Origin: a bacterium
GTDB lineage: Bacteria > Hinthialibacterota > Hinthialibacteria > Hinthialibacterales > Hinthialibacteraceae
DNA length: 35,063 bases
Direction: 5' to 3'
Assembly (NCBI GenBank): GCA_963663405.2
Contig: CAXXSM010000074.1
Location: forward strand, 1-35,063
The notes beneath the pieces are model-generated. The model had not been told where the DNA came from, did not search any database, and saw only the letters and a program-made list of their open reading frames with translations. Both the position numbers and the translations under genes were made by a program. Positions 18,605 to 27,474 of this stretch are shown here, piece after piece; position 1 is the stretch's first letter, and every line of letters begins with the position of its first letter.

Positions 18605-19210
18605 TTGAACTCAGAAGTGAAAACCATCGCAGTTTATGGAAGTTCGGGCATCTCCCAGGAATCTGAATCCGCCCAGCGCGCCTGCCGGCTTGGTCGGTTA
18701 TTGGCGGAGAATGGATTCCGGATTTGTAACGGGGGCTATACAGGAGTGATGGAAGCCTGCAGCCGGGGGGCGCGTGAAGCGGGCGGTCATGTGACGGGTG
18801 TATGCTGCGACACGTTTATTACACGTTCACCGAATCCCTATTTAACTGAAATCATTCAAACTCCCGATCTGTTGGAACGAATCACTACCCTAATGCGCCT
18901 CTCCGACGCCTATATTGTGTTAGACGGCAACATCGGCACACTGGCGGAATTATTTCTGGCGTGGAATTTAATCGCCATCGGCTGGACGCGACCACTCATA
19001 GTCGTCGGCGACGATATGCGAAACGCGCTGAAAGCGCTTGAACCCTATACGGAAATAGAAGAAAAGAAGATGCGCCACATCACATTCGCGCCCACCGCCG
19101 AGGAAGCGGTTCACTATCTTCGAAAATATTTTAATGGGACACACCCAATAATCCCCCACATGTTTTACCGGATCAGTAGCAGGACTAGTCAAAGATATCA
19201 TTCATCGTGA
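18605..19210 (+). CDS. LOG family (Rossmann-fold, lysine-decarboxylase-like) protein
   Basis: IAVYGSS, NGGYTGVMEACSRGA, ER..LMRLSDAYIVLDGNIGTLAEL. Confidence 0.85.
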   Translation: MNSEVKTIAVYGSSGISQESESAQRACRLGRLLAENGFRICNGGYTGVMEACSRGAREAGGHVTGVCCDTFITRSPNPYLTEIIQTPDLLERITTLMRLSDAYIVLDGNIGTLAELFLAWNLIAIGWTRPLIVVGDDMRNALKALEPYTEIEEKKMRHITFAPTAEEAVHYLRKYFNGTHPIIPHMFYRISSRTSQRYHSS

Positions 19211-19745
19211 GCGTCAGTTCGGGGAATGACAAGGGGGAAAATGTTTCTCCTAATGTTGGAATATAAGATTCTTGATACCCACCCAATCCCGGTTTTCGAT
19301 AGATTTCTATCGCCTTCTGGTGTAGATCCACAATCCAAAATTCAGGGATATTATGCCGGGCGTATAAACGCCGTTTCACATTCCGGTCAAAGTAAATCGT
19401 AGTATCTGAAACTTCCACAATTAAAAACACATCCTCCGGCTTGGGATGACTTTTTTTATAAAAATCTGGACGCGGCTTCAATAAGATTAAATCCGGAACC
19501 GGTTCAGAATAATCATCCAAACGGATTGGACCTTGAATTCGAACAATAACTTTCTCTTCTGGTATCCGGCCAAAAAATCTATTTAAGTAATCAACATGCC
19601 CCGCATGACCACTTCCAATCGGTACCATCCGAACAATCTCCCCCTCGATCAATTCCACCCGCGCCGTTTCGTAGAACAGTTGGGAGCGCCCAATTCGATA
19701 ATAGTCCTGTACGTTGATCTGATATTTGATGGGCAGAGCGACCAT
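19185..19745 (-). CDS. Uma2/DUF820 family putative endonuclease, copy 1
   Basis: ELIEGEI, PIGSGH, SEPVPDL, LIVEVSDTT, K..LYAR..IPEFWIVDL; start at ATG 19745 after AAGGAGTGGGGG RBS. Confidence 0.92.
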   Translation of the reverse strand: MVALPIKYQINVQDYYRIGRSQLFYETARVELIEGEIVRMVPIGSGHAGHVDYLNRFFGRIPEEKVIVRIQGPIRLDDYSEPVPDLILLKPRPDFYKKSHPKPEDVFLIVEVSDTTIYFDRNVKRRLYARHNIPEFWIVDLHQKAIEIYRKPGLGGYQESYIPTLGETFSPLSFPELTLTMNDIFD

Positions 19746-19789
19746 GTGGATTCCCCCACTCCTTCGATCCGTCAATGATTTGCTTCTCT

Positions 19790-19800
19790 ATTATATCACA
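19790..19800 (-). promoter_or_regulatory. Extended -10 promoter TGTGATATAAT upstream of Uma2 copy 1 (repeated at 20432, 21074, 21717, 22362)
   Basis: Exact match to TRTGnTATAAT about 45 nt upstream of each ATG. Confidence 0.65.
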
Positions 19801-19826
19801 TCATAAGAATTGGATATACAAGAACA

Positions 19827-20387
19827 CTAACCAAAAATATCATTCATCGTGAGCACAAATTCGGGGAATGATAAAGGAGAGAAAGTTTCTTCTGATGTTG
19901 GAATAAAAGATTCTTGATACCCACCCGGCCCCGGCTTTCGATAGATCTCTATCGCCTTCTGATGTAGATCCACAATCCAAAATTCAGGGATATTATGCCG
20001 GGCGTATAAACGCCGTTTTACATTCCGGTCAAAGTAAATCGTAGTATCTGAAACTTCCACGATTAGAAATACATCCTCCGGCCGGGGATGGCTTTTTTCA
20101 TAAAAATCTGTACGTGGCTTTAATAATACTAAATCCGGAACCGGTTCTGAAAAGTTATCCAAATAAATTGGACCTTGGATGCGAATACGTGCTTTCTTTT
20201 TTGGGATTTGTGAGAATAATTCAAGAATACGATCGACTTTCCCCGCATGACCACTTCCAATCGGTACCATCCGAACAATCTCCCCCTCGATCAATTCCAT
20301 CCGCGCCGCTTCGGAGAACAGTTGGGTGCGCCCAATTCGATAATAGTCCTGCGCGTTGATTTGATATTTGATGGGCAGAGCGGCCAT
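19827..20387 (-). CDS. Uma2/DUF820 family putative endonuclease, copy 2
   Basis: Same motifs; ATG 20387. Confidence 0.92.
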   Translation of the reverse strand: MAALPIKYQINAQDYYRIGRTQLFSEAARMELIEGEIVRMVPIGSGHAGKVDRILELFSQIPKKKARIRIQGPIYLDNFSEPVPDLVLLKPRTDFYEKSHPRPEDVFLIVEVSDTTIYFDRNVKRRLYARHNIPEFWIVDLHQKAIEIYRKPGPGGYQESFIPTSEETFSPLSFPEFVLTMNDIFG

Positions 20388-20468
20388 ATGGATTCCCCCA
20401 CTCCTTCTATCCGTCAATGATTTACTTCTCTATTATATCACATCATAAGAATTGGATATACAAGAACA

Positions 20469-21029
20469 CTAACCGAAAATATCATTCGGCGTGAGCACAA
20501 GTTCGGGGAATGATAAAGGAGAGAATGTTTCTTCTGATGTTGGAATATAAGATTCTTGATACCCACCCGGCCCCGGCTTTCGAAAGATCTCTATCGCCTT
20601 CTGGTGTAGATCCACAATCCAAAATTCAGGGATATTATGCCGGGCGTATAAACGCCGTTTTACATTCCGGTCAAAGTAAATCGTAGTATCTGAAACTTCC
20701 ACGATTAGATACACATCCTCCGGCTTGGGATGACTTTTTTTGTAATAATCTAGACGCGGCTTCAATAATACCAAATCTGGAACCGGCTCTGAATAGTCAT
20801 CCAAACGGATTGGTCCCTGAACGCTAAGAATCGTTTTTTCTTCAGATAATTGAGTAAATAACCGTAGAAGCCAGTTAACGTGCCCCGCATGACCACTTCC
20901 AATCGGTACCATCCGAACAATCTCCCCCTCGATCAATTCCATCCGCGCCGCTTCGGAGAACAGTTGGGTGCGCCCAATTCGATAATAGTCCTGCGCGTTG
21001 ATTTGATATTTGATGGGCAGAGCGGCCAT
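20469..21029 (-). CDS. Uma2/DUF820 family putative endonuclease, copy 3
   Basis: Same motifs; ATG 21029. Confidence 0.92.
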   Translation of the reverse strand: MAALPIKYQINAQDYYRIGRTQLFSEAARMELIEGEIVRMVPIGSGHAGHVNWLLRLFTQLSEEKTILSVQGPIRLDDYSEPVPDLVLLKPRLDYYKKSHPKPEDVYLIVEVSDTTIYFDRNVKRRLYARHNIPEFWIVDLHQKAIEIFRKPGPGGYQESYIPTSEETFSPLSFPELVLTPNDIFG

Positions 21030-21110
21030 ATGGATTCCCCCACTCCTTCTATCCGTCAATGATTTTCTTCTCTATTATATCACATCATAAGAATTGGATA
21101 TACAAGAACA

Positions 21111-21672
21111 CTAACCGAAAATATCATTCGGCGTGAGTACAAGTTCGGGGAATGATAAAGGAGAGAATGTTTCTTCTGATGTTGGAATATAAGATTCTTG
21201 ATACCCACCCGGCCCCCGGCTTTCGAAAGATCTCTATCGCCTTCTGGTGTAGATCCACAATCCAAAATTCAGGGATATTATGCCGGGCGTATAAACGCCG
21301 TTTCACATTCCGGTCAAAGTAAATCGTAGTATCTGAAACTTCCACGATTAGATACACATCCTCCGGCCGGGGATGGCATTTTTTATAAAAATCTGGACGC
21401 GGCTTCAATAATACTAAATCCGGAACCGGTTCAGAATAATCATCTAAACGGATTGGACCTTGGATGCGAATACGTGCTTTCTTTTTGGGTATCTGTGAGA
21501 ATAATTCAAGAATACAATCGACGTGCCCCGCATGACCACTTCCAATCGGTACCATCCGAACAATCTCCCCCTCGATCAATTCCACCCGCGCCGTTTCGTA
21601 GAACAGTTGGGAGCGCCCAATTCGATAATAGTCCTGTACGTTGATCTGATATTTGATGGGCAGAGCGACCAT
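21111..21672 (-). CDS. Uma2/DUF820 family putative endonuclease, copy 4, with +1 frameshift near the 3' end
   Basis: Same motifs; C5 run at 21213-21217 versus C4 in copies 2 and 3 shifts the last ~30 codons. Removing one base restores the paralog C-terminus and the TAG at 21111-21113. Confidence 0.85.
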
Positions 21673-21753
21673 GTGGATTCCCCCACTCCTTCGATCCGTC
21701 AATGATTTGCTTCTCTATTATATCACATCATAAGAATTGGATATACAAGAACA

Positions 21754-22317
21754 CTAACCAAAAATATCATTCATCGTGAGCACAAGTTCGGGGAATGATA
21801 AAGGAGAGAAAGTTTCTTCTGATGTTGGAATAAAAGATTCTTGATACCCACCCGGCCCTGGCTTTCGATAGATCTCTATCGCCTTCTGATGTAGATCCAC
21901 TATCCAAAATTCAGGGATATTATGCCGGGCGTATAAACGCCGTTTTACATTCCGGTCAAAGTAAATCGTAGTATCTGAAACTTCCACGATTAGATACACA
22001 TCCTCCGGCCGGGGATGGCATTTTTTATAAAAATCTGGACGCGGCTTCAATAATACTAAATCTGGAACCGGTTCAGAATAATCATCTAAACGAATAGAAT
22101 TTTGAACACTAATAAATGCTTTTTTCTCAGTAGCGATTGGATTAAATAAACTTGTTAGACATATCACATGCCCCGCATGACCACATCCTATTGGTACCAT
22201 CCGAACAATCTCCCCCTCGATCAATTCCATCCGCGCCGCTTCGGAGAACAGTTGGGAGCGCCCAATTCGATAATAGTCCTGTACGTTGATCTGATATTTG
22301 ATGGGCAGAGCAACCAT
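21754..22317 (-). CDS. Uma2/DUF820 family putative endonuclease, copy 5
   Basis: Same motifs; ATG 22317; one extra codon in the variable segment. Confidence 0.92.
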   Translation of the reverse strand: MVALPIKYQINVQDYYRIGRSQLFSEAARMELIEGEIVRMVPIGCGHAGHVICLTSLFNPIATEKKAFISVQNSIRLDDYSEPVPDLVLLKPRPDFYKKCHPRPEDVYLIVEVSDTTIYFDRNVKRRLYARHNIPEFWIVDLHQKAIEIYRKPGPGGYQESFIPTSEETFSPLSFPELVLTMNDIFG

Positions 22318-22398
22318 GTGGATTCCCCCACTCCTTCTATCCGTCAATGATTTTCTTCTCTATTATATCACATCATAAGAATTGGATATACAAGAACA

Positions 22399-22965
22399 CT
22401 AACCGAAAATATCATTCGGCGTGAGTACAAGTTCGGGGAATGATAAGGGGGAAAACGTTTCTTCTGATGTTGGAATATGAATCTGTTGATACCCATCCGG
22501 CGACGGTTCCCGGTAGATCTCTATCGCTTTCTTATTCAGATCAACAATCCACAGTTCAGATATCTCGCATCTAGCGTAAATAGGAAGTTTCATCTCCTTG
22601 TCGTAATCAATTGACACATCCGATACCTCTACAATCAGGAAGACATCATCCGGTTGAGGATAGCTGTCTTCATAAGAATCCGGGCGCGGTTTTAAAAGAC
22701 TCAGATCAGGAATAAACTCAGAATATTCATCCAAACAGACATGGCTTTGATCATAGATTTGCGTTTTCTCTTTTGGGATTTTTTGAAATAAATTCGCCAT
22801 ACGAGTCACATGCGCCGCATGTTCGCCGGTGATTTCAGCCATCTCATATATTTCCCCATGAATCAATTCCATCGGGGTTTTGCTGGATAAAATTTTTTTC
22901 TGGCATATGAGTTGAAATTGCTTAACGGAAAACCGATAAATCATCGGTTCAATATCCATATCCAT
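22399..22965 (-). CDS. Uma2/DUF820 family putative endonuclease, divergent copy 6
   Basis: ELIHGEI, SEFIPDL, LIVEVSD, KLPIYAR; divergent except for the last ~24 codons, which match copy 3. Confidence 0.9.
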   Translation of the reverse strand: MDMDIEPMIYRFSVKQFQLICQKKILSSKTPMELIHGEIYEMAEITGEHAAHVTRMANLFQKIPKEKTQIYDQSHVCLDEYSEFIPDLSLLKPRPDSYEDSYPQPDDVFLIVEVSDVSIDYDKEMKLPIYARCEISELWIVDLNKKAIEIYREPSPDGYQQIHIPTSEETFSPLSFPELVLTPNDIFG

Positions 22966-23134
22966 GCGAATTCTCCCCTCCTTTCGTTCCTTTAAGAAGA
23001 CGTCTTCCTATTATATTCTAGGATCAAACAAGTTGAATAGGGGATTGATAGGGATTCATTCGAACGCAATTACGATATACACTTATTGTTTTCAGCGGCA
23101 AGACCAATCAATCAACCAACTGAGATGGAGTATC

Positions 23135-23809
23135 ATGAATACAGCAAAACGGAAAGGCCGGAATTTACATTTGATGCTGGAAACCGGCATCGTGGCGGTC
23201 ATTCGCGCCCAGAGCAGCGATCAATTAGTAGACGTCGCAATGGGCGTTGCGCGAAGGCGGTGTTAAAGCGATCGAAGTGACTATGACCACGCCTAACGCG
23301 CTGGATGTGATCCGCGATGTGTCGGTGCGAATGAAGGACATGGACGCGGTCATCGGCGTGGGCACAGTACTCGACCCAGAAACCGCGCGCGCGGCGATGC
23401 TGGCCGGAGCGGAATATGTCGTCTCTCCCACATTGAACCTGGACGTCATCAAGATGTGCAAGCGCTATAGCGCGATCGTCGTTCCCGGCGCCTACACGCC
23501 GACGGAGATCTTAACCGCCTGGGAAGCGGGCGCGGACATCGTCAAAGTCTTCCCCGCCACCGGATTGGGCGCGGGGGTATTTCAAAGACCTTCTCGGTCC
23601 CCTGCCCCAGCTGCGTCTCTCACCGACAGGAGGAGTCAGCCTCGACACGGTCGCCGGTTTCATCAAAGCGGGAGCCTGCTGCGTAGCCGTCCGGAGGCAA
23701 TCTCGTCTCCAAAAAAGCCCTCGCGGAAAAAGACTGGAAAACCATCACCGAAACAGGAAAAGAATTTATTAAACGCATTCAAGACGCGCGGGAAGAAATG
23801 AAAGGATAA
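23135..23809 (+). CDS. eda: KDPG/KHG aldolase, with three apparent +1 frameshifts
   Basis: GIVAVIRA, EGGVKAIEVT, IGVGTVLD, VVSP, GAYTPTEI, VKVFPA, then YFKDLLGPLP..PTGGVS in shifted frames; extra bases at 23242-44 (GGG), 23573-77 (G5) and 23691-92 (CC). Confidence 0.88.
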
Positions 23810-23818
23810 CTCAATATC

Positions 23819-24806
23819 ATGGCCGATTTAGTTACTTTTGGAGAAGCGATGGTGCGGTTATCGCCGCCCAATTTCATGCGCTTGGAACAGACAACCAGCC
23901 TCGATATGAAAATCGGAGGCGGTGAGTACAACGTGTCCGTCGCCGGCGCCCGGTTGGGACTGTCCACTTCATTTGTGTCCCGGTTGCCGAAGAATCCACT
24001 AGGACGCATGATCGAAAACAAGGCGAGAGAACACGGCGTGGACACCTCAAACGTCCTCTGGACGGACGGCGAAAGAGCCGGACTCTACTTCGTCGAATTC
24101 GGCGCCAAACCCCGCGCCAGCAGCGTGCTCTACGACCGGAAAGATTCCGCCATCAGCAATATCCAAACCGGACAGGTCAATTGGGACGCGGTGTTCGAAG
24201 GCGCGAAGGTCTATCACGTAAAGCGGAATCACACCCGCGCTCTCCAAAAACGCCGCCGCCGTGACTAAAGAATCAATGCTCAAAGCGAAAGAACACGGCG
24301 TCACCATCAGTGTCGACCTTAATTACCGCGCCAAACTCTGGTCAGAAGCGGAAGCGCAGGAGTGCATGACCGATCTGATGCAGCATACCGATATCCTCAT
24401 CACCACCGAAGAAGACACCATGCGCGTCTTCAAAATCGAAGGCGATAATTACGAACAGGTAGCGGAAAAACTACACGAACGTTTCGGCTTTGATGTCGTA
24501 GCCATCACCCTGCGCGAGAATATATCCGTCTGGAAAAACAACTGGACGGCGATCGCCCTCAAAGACGGGACCATTCATACCGCCCCCACATACGAAGTCG
24601 AAATCGTTGACCGCGTCGGCGGCGGCGACTCCTTCTCCGCGGGATTCCTCACAGGCTATCTCACCAAAGACACCGATTACGCCGTCAAATTCGGCGTCGC
24701 CTTCTCCGCCCTGAAACATTCCATCCCAGGAGACCTCAACTGGTGCACCCGCGCCGAAGCCGAAGCGCTAATGAAAGGCGGGGGGACACTGCGGATCGTG
24801 CGGTGA
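23819..24806 (+). CDS. kdgK: 2-keto-3-deoxygluconate kinase (PfkB family), with one apparent +1 frameshift
   Basis: VTFGEAMVRLSPP, GGGEYNV, DLNYRAKLWS, IVDRVGGGDSFSAG, KHSIPGD; extra A at 24220-22 interrupts YHVSGITPALS. Confidence 0.88.
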
Positions 24807-25195
24807 TTTGTATAATTTGCACATGAAGTTAGCTTAACCTTCCAGCGCTGTTTTCAGACTTTTTCCAACCTTCGGCATAACCCAATCCACTGGCTATACA
24901 TTGAAACCTATAACTACAGGATTTCTGGTGTTATAAAATTAGTATACTAATTCTGTCAACATTTTTGTTGAATTTGCTTGTTAACTCAAACACAGAAAGT
25001 ATAATGCAAAACTGTAAGGTGGTCTTTACTCGACAAAACAATAATTTGTTTGGCAGTTAATAATAGTCTTCAGGAGTACGGATGCTTTCGGTGGGACATC
25101 TGATTCATCTATTGCCGAACGAGTTGTCTTTCATTGAGGACAGTTAGCCGTTCTTGTGAGATCTATCGAACTCTCCTGCGGTGGGGACGTTGACC

Positions 25196-25678
25196 ATGGC
25201 GAAGCGGATATACATTGAGACGACGATCCCAAGTTTCTACTTCGAAGTCCGCTCCGAGGCCGACATGGCCGCTCGCCGGGAGTGGACTCGAAGATGGTGG
25301 CAAGGCGCAGGCGCCAGGTATGAACTTGTCACGAGCGTAGCGGTGATCGAGGAACTCACTCGTGGGGACTTCTCTGCTCGGGAAGACTGCCTGCGGCTCA
25401 TCGAAAGTCTGCCCTTGGCGCCGATCGAACCAGCGGTAACCGAGATTGTGCAGACTTACGTTTCTCGCAAGGTCATGCCCAGTGATCCCATAGGTGATGC
25501 GTTACACTTGGCAGTGGCGTCTTACCACTGTTGTGACTTCCTGCTCACCTGGAATTGCCGCCACCCTGCGAATGCGAACAAGTTCGACCATATCAGACGA
25601 GTCAACGCAATGTTGGGGCTCTTTGTACCGGCGCTCGTGACGCCGCTGGAACTGCTAGGAGACGACGATGATGACTGA
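25196..25678 (+). CDS. PIN-domain (VapC-like) toxin family protein
   Basis: IYIETTIPSFY, SVAVIEEL, DALHLAVAS, DFLLTWNCRH.ANA. Confidence 0.85.
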   Translation: MAKRIYIETTIPSFYFEVRSEADMAARREWTRRWWQGAGARYELVTSVAVIEELTRGDFSAREDCLRLIESLPLAPIEPAVTEIVQTYVSRKVMPSDPIGDALHLAVASYHCCDFLLTWNCRHPANANKFDHIRRVNAMLGLFVPALVTPLELLGDDDDD

Positions 25679-25859
25679 AGATGAAGGAATCCGGCTTGTG
25701 CGGAATGTGCGTGAAAAGATCTCGGCAGAATTCGCGAACGATCCCGATCGGCTTATTGAACACTACATAGCGGAACAAGAACGATATCGAGAGCGGCTTA
25801 TTCAACCAGGCGCCGTCCAACAAACCGATACAGTAAAAAGATCTTCCTCCGGATATTGA
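25668..25859 (+). CDS. Small protein overlapping the PIN gene, putative antitoxin
   Basis: 63 aa; DEGIRLVRNVREKISAEFAND pattern typical of short partners downstream of this PIN subfamily; overlaps the PIN stop. Confidence 0.65.
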   Translation: MMTEDEGIRLVRNVREKISAEFANDPDRLIEHYIAEQERYRERLIQPGAVQQTDTVKRSSSGY

Positions 25860-25887
25860 CATAAGAAGATTTTTCTACCACGATCTG

Positions 25888-25960
25888 CCCGAACAATATG
25901 TTGCGCCTGCCCCTCGAACCACTGGCGCGGTTTCCGGGCAGATGAGTTTTAACATTACGC
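25888..25960 (+). mobile_element. Degenerate attC-like integron cassette recombination site
   Basis: CCCGAAC-AATATG-TTGCGCCTGCCC...GGGCAGATGAG-TTTTAAC-ATTACGC: 73-bp imperfect palindrome with R''/L''/L'/R' layout; R' GTT appears mutated to ATT. Confidence 0.5.
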
Positions 25961-25998
25961 GATTGAATTTGAGTGAAACACTCCCCAGAAATGAAGCT

Positions 25999-26232
25999 AT
26001 GCATGAACGGATTGCGGTTCAACAAGATATCCACTTTGCAAAACCATGTGTGGCGGGTACACGCATCACGGTACAGAGTGTATTAGAATTGGTTCGTGAT
26101 GGCGTTTCGTCCTCGGAAATCACCCAAGATTATTATCCTGATTTGACTATCGAAGACATCAAAGCCTGTCTTCAGTACGCAATCGAAATCGTTGCGCTGG
26201 AAGACATTCACTTGGCAGCCAAAGAATCATGA
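25999..26232 (+). CDS. DUF433 family protein (putative antitoxin)
   Basis: ERI...DIHFAKPCVAGTRITVQSVLEL...EI..DYYPDLTIEDIKACLQYA. Confidence 0.9.
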   Translation: MHERIAVQQDIHFAKPCVAGTRITVQSVLELVRDGVSSSEITQDYYPDLTIEDIKACLQYAIEIVALEDIHLAAKES

Positions 26233-26396
26233 AAGATCCATTTGTGCTCGAAATAAGAAACTTCCGGATGGAGCACACAAAAAAATTCAATTTTGATATT
26301 CATGCGATATGCGACGATCTTAGAAAATACCAAAAAGAACTACATGCGATCTCAGCAATTGATAAAAATAAAAAATTCATAAATAAATCTCTCTAG
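26229..26396 (+). CDS. Small protein (55 aa), putative orphan antitoxin-like
   Basis: Not in the ORF track. ATGA overlap with the DUF433 stop; MKDPFVLEIRNFRMEHTKKFNFDIHAICDDLRKYQ... has the same pattern as 25668..25859. Confidence 0.6.
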   Translation: MKDPFVLEIRNFRMEHTKKFNFDIHAICDDLRKYQKELHAISAIDKNKKFINKSL

Positions 26397-26441
26397 TGGA
26401 AGGCTATCACCACTGTTATACGTTTCCTATTCAAAATAAGT

Positions 26442-27416
26442 TCATTCACTCCCCCCCACCCGCAACAAAACCTTCAACGCCCCCGGCGTTGAAGCCCGTT
26501 TCCACGCCTCTTCCGCTTCTTCCAATGGATACACCGCTTCAATCAGCCGTTCGAGGGGCAAAACACCCCGCTCCAGCAGCCGCAAAGCGGGTGGAAACTG
26601 ACCGCAGCGGGAGCCTACAAGGGTTATCTCATCGATGACCAGCGGGGTTAAATCCAGCGCTTCCGCATGGGCCATAGTGCTTTTAAGAACAATGGTTCCA
26701 CGCGGGCGAGCCAGCGTCATCGCTTGATTGAGACCTTGTGAAGATCCAGTGGCGTCAATCACGATATCCCACTGTTTCCGGGTAGAGGCGTCAAAATCTT
26801 TTTCCAGTGTCACATCAAGCCGGTCACTTACACGATCGAGATTCTTTTGATGATGGCCGATCAGGAGCGTGTTTCCATCCTGCTTGTGCGCCGCAACCAA
26901 CGCAATCAGAAGCCCCAATTTTCCATCGCCGATCACGCAGATCCGTTGCTCCGGTTGAATGTGAATCTGTTCGAAAATTTCGAGTGAGGCGGCCAATGGC
27001 TCCACGAAGACGGCGGTCTCATCGGGAACGCCGGGTGGAATAGGATAGATGTTCTCGCGGGGAAGAACGGCCCATTCCGCCATACAGCCATCGCGTTTCA
27101 AGATCCCCAGCGTCGACCGGTTTGGACAATGACGGGCGAGTCCTTTCCCGCAATACTCGCATTCGCCACATCCCGCGTTGATTTCTCCAGTTACGCGCGT
27201 TCCCTTTGGCCAGGGTGAATCCGTATCCGCAATCTCCCCCACGAACTCATGTCCCAATACACCCTCATAATTCATGTAGCCGCGAGTCAATTCCAGATCC
27301 GTCCTGCAGATGCCCGCCAGTCGAATTCGGATGCGTTGTTCACCGGGTGGAACTGTGGGAGAATCCGCCTGGGGATCAAAAATCAATCGATTAGAAGAGA
27401 AACGGAGCGCTTTCAT
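26442..27416 (-). CDS. Zinc-dependent medium-chain alcohol dehydrogenase family protein
   Basis: GICRTD, GHEFVG, CGECEYC...HC structural Zn site, EPLA, GDGKLG. Confidence 0.92.
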   Translation of the reverse strand: MKALRFSSNRLIFDPQADSPTVPPGEQRIRIRLAGICRTDLELTRGYMNYEGVLGHEFVGEIADTDSPWPKGTRVTGEINAGCGECEYCGKGLARHCPNRSTLGILKRDGCMAEWAVLPRENIYPIPPGVPDETAVFVEPLAASLEIFEQIHIQPEQRICVIGDGKLGLLIALVAAHKQDGNTLLIGHHQKNLDRVSDRLDVTLEKDFDASTRKQWDIVIDATGSSQGLNQAMTLARPRGTIVLKSTMAHAEALDLTPLVIDEITLVGSRCGQFPPALRLLERGVLPLERLIEAVYPLEEAEEAWKRASTPGALKVLLRVGGSE

Positions 27417-27474
27417 ACTAAATCCTTTATTTATACTTAACGTTGTTGTAAAATAGCGGTATACTCATTATATT

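Larger units (their letters stand above)
19185..22478. repeat. Tandem direct repeat, unit ~642-645 bp (Uma2 gene plus intergenic), five full units plus a partial
   Basis: The motif attatatcaca recurs at 19790, 20432, 21074, 21717 and 22362 (periods 642, 642, 643, 645). Confidence 0.95.

Noticed and set aside
19596-22350. Repeated + strand 60-aa ORFs (MPRMTTS...)
   Set aside because: They are antisense shadows of the repeated Uma2 genes; recurrence is explained by the DNA repeat.
19185-22965. Uma2 variation as a diversity-generating retroelement or shufflon
   Set aside because: No reverse transcriptase or recombinase in the window, differences are not confined to adenines, and all copies are direct rather than inverted.
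23135-24806. Programmed frameshifting or phase variation in eda/kdgK
   Set aside because: The runs are only 2-5 nt with no slippery heptamer or stimulatory structure; four independent events fit sequencing error better.
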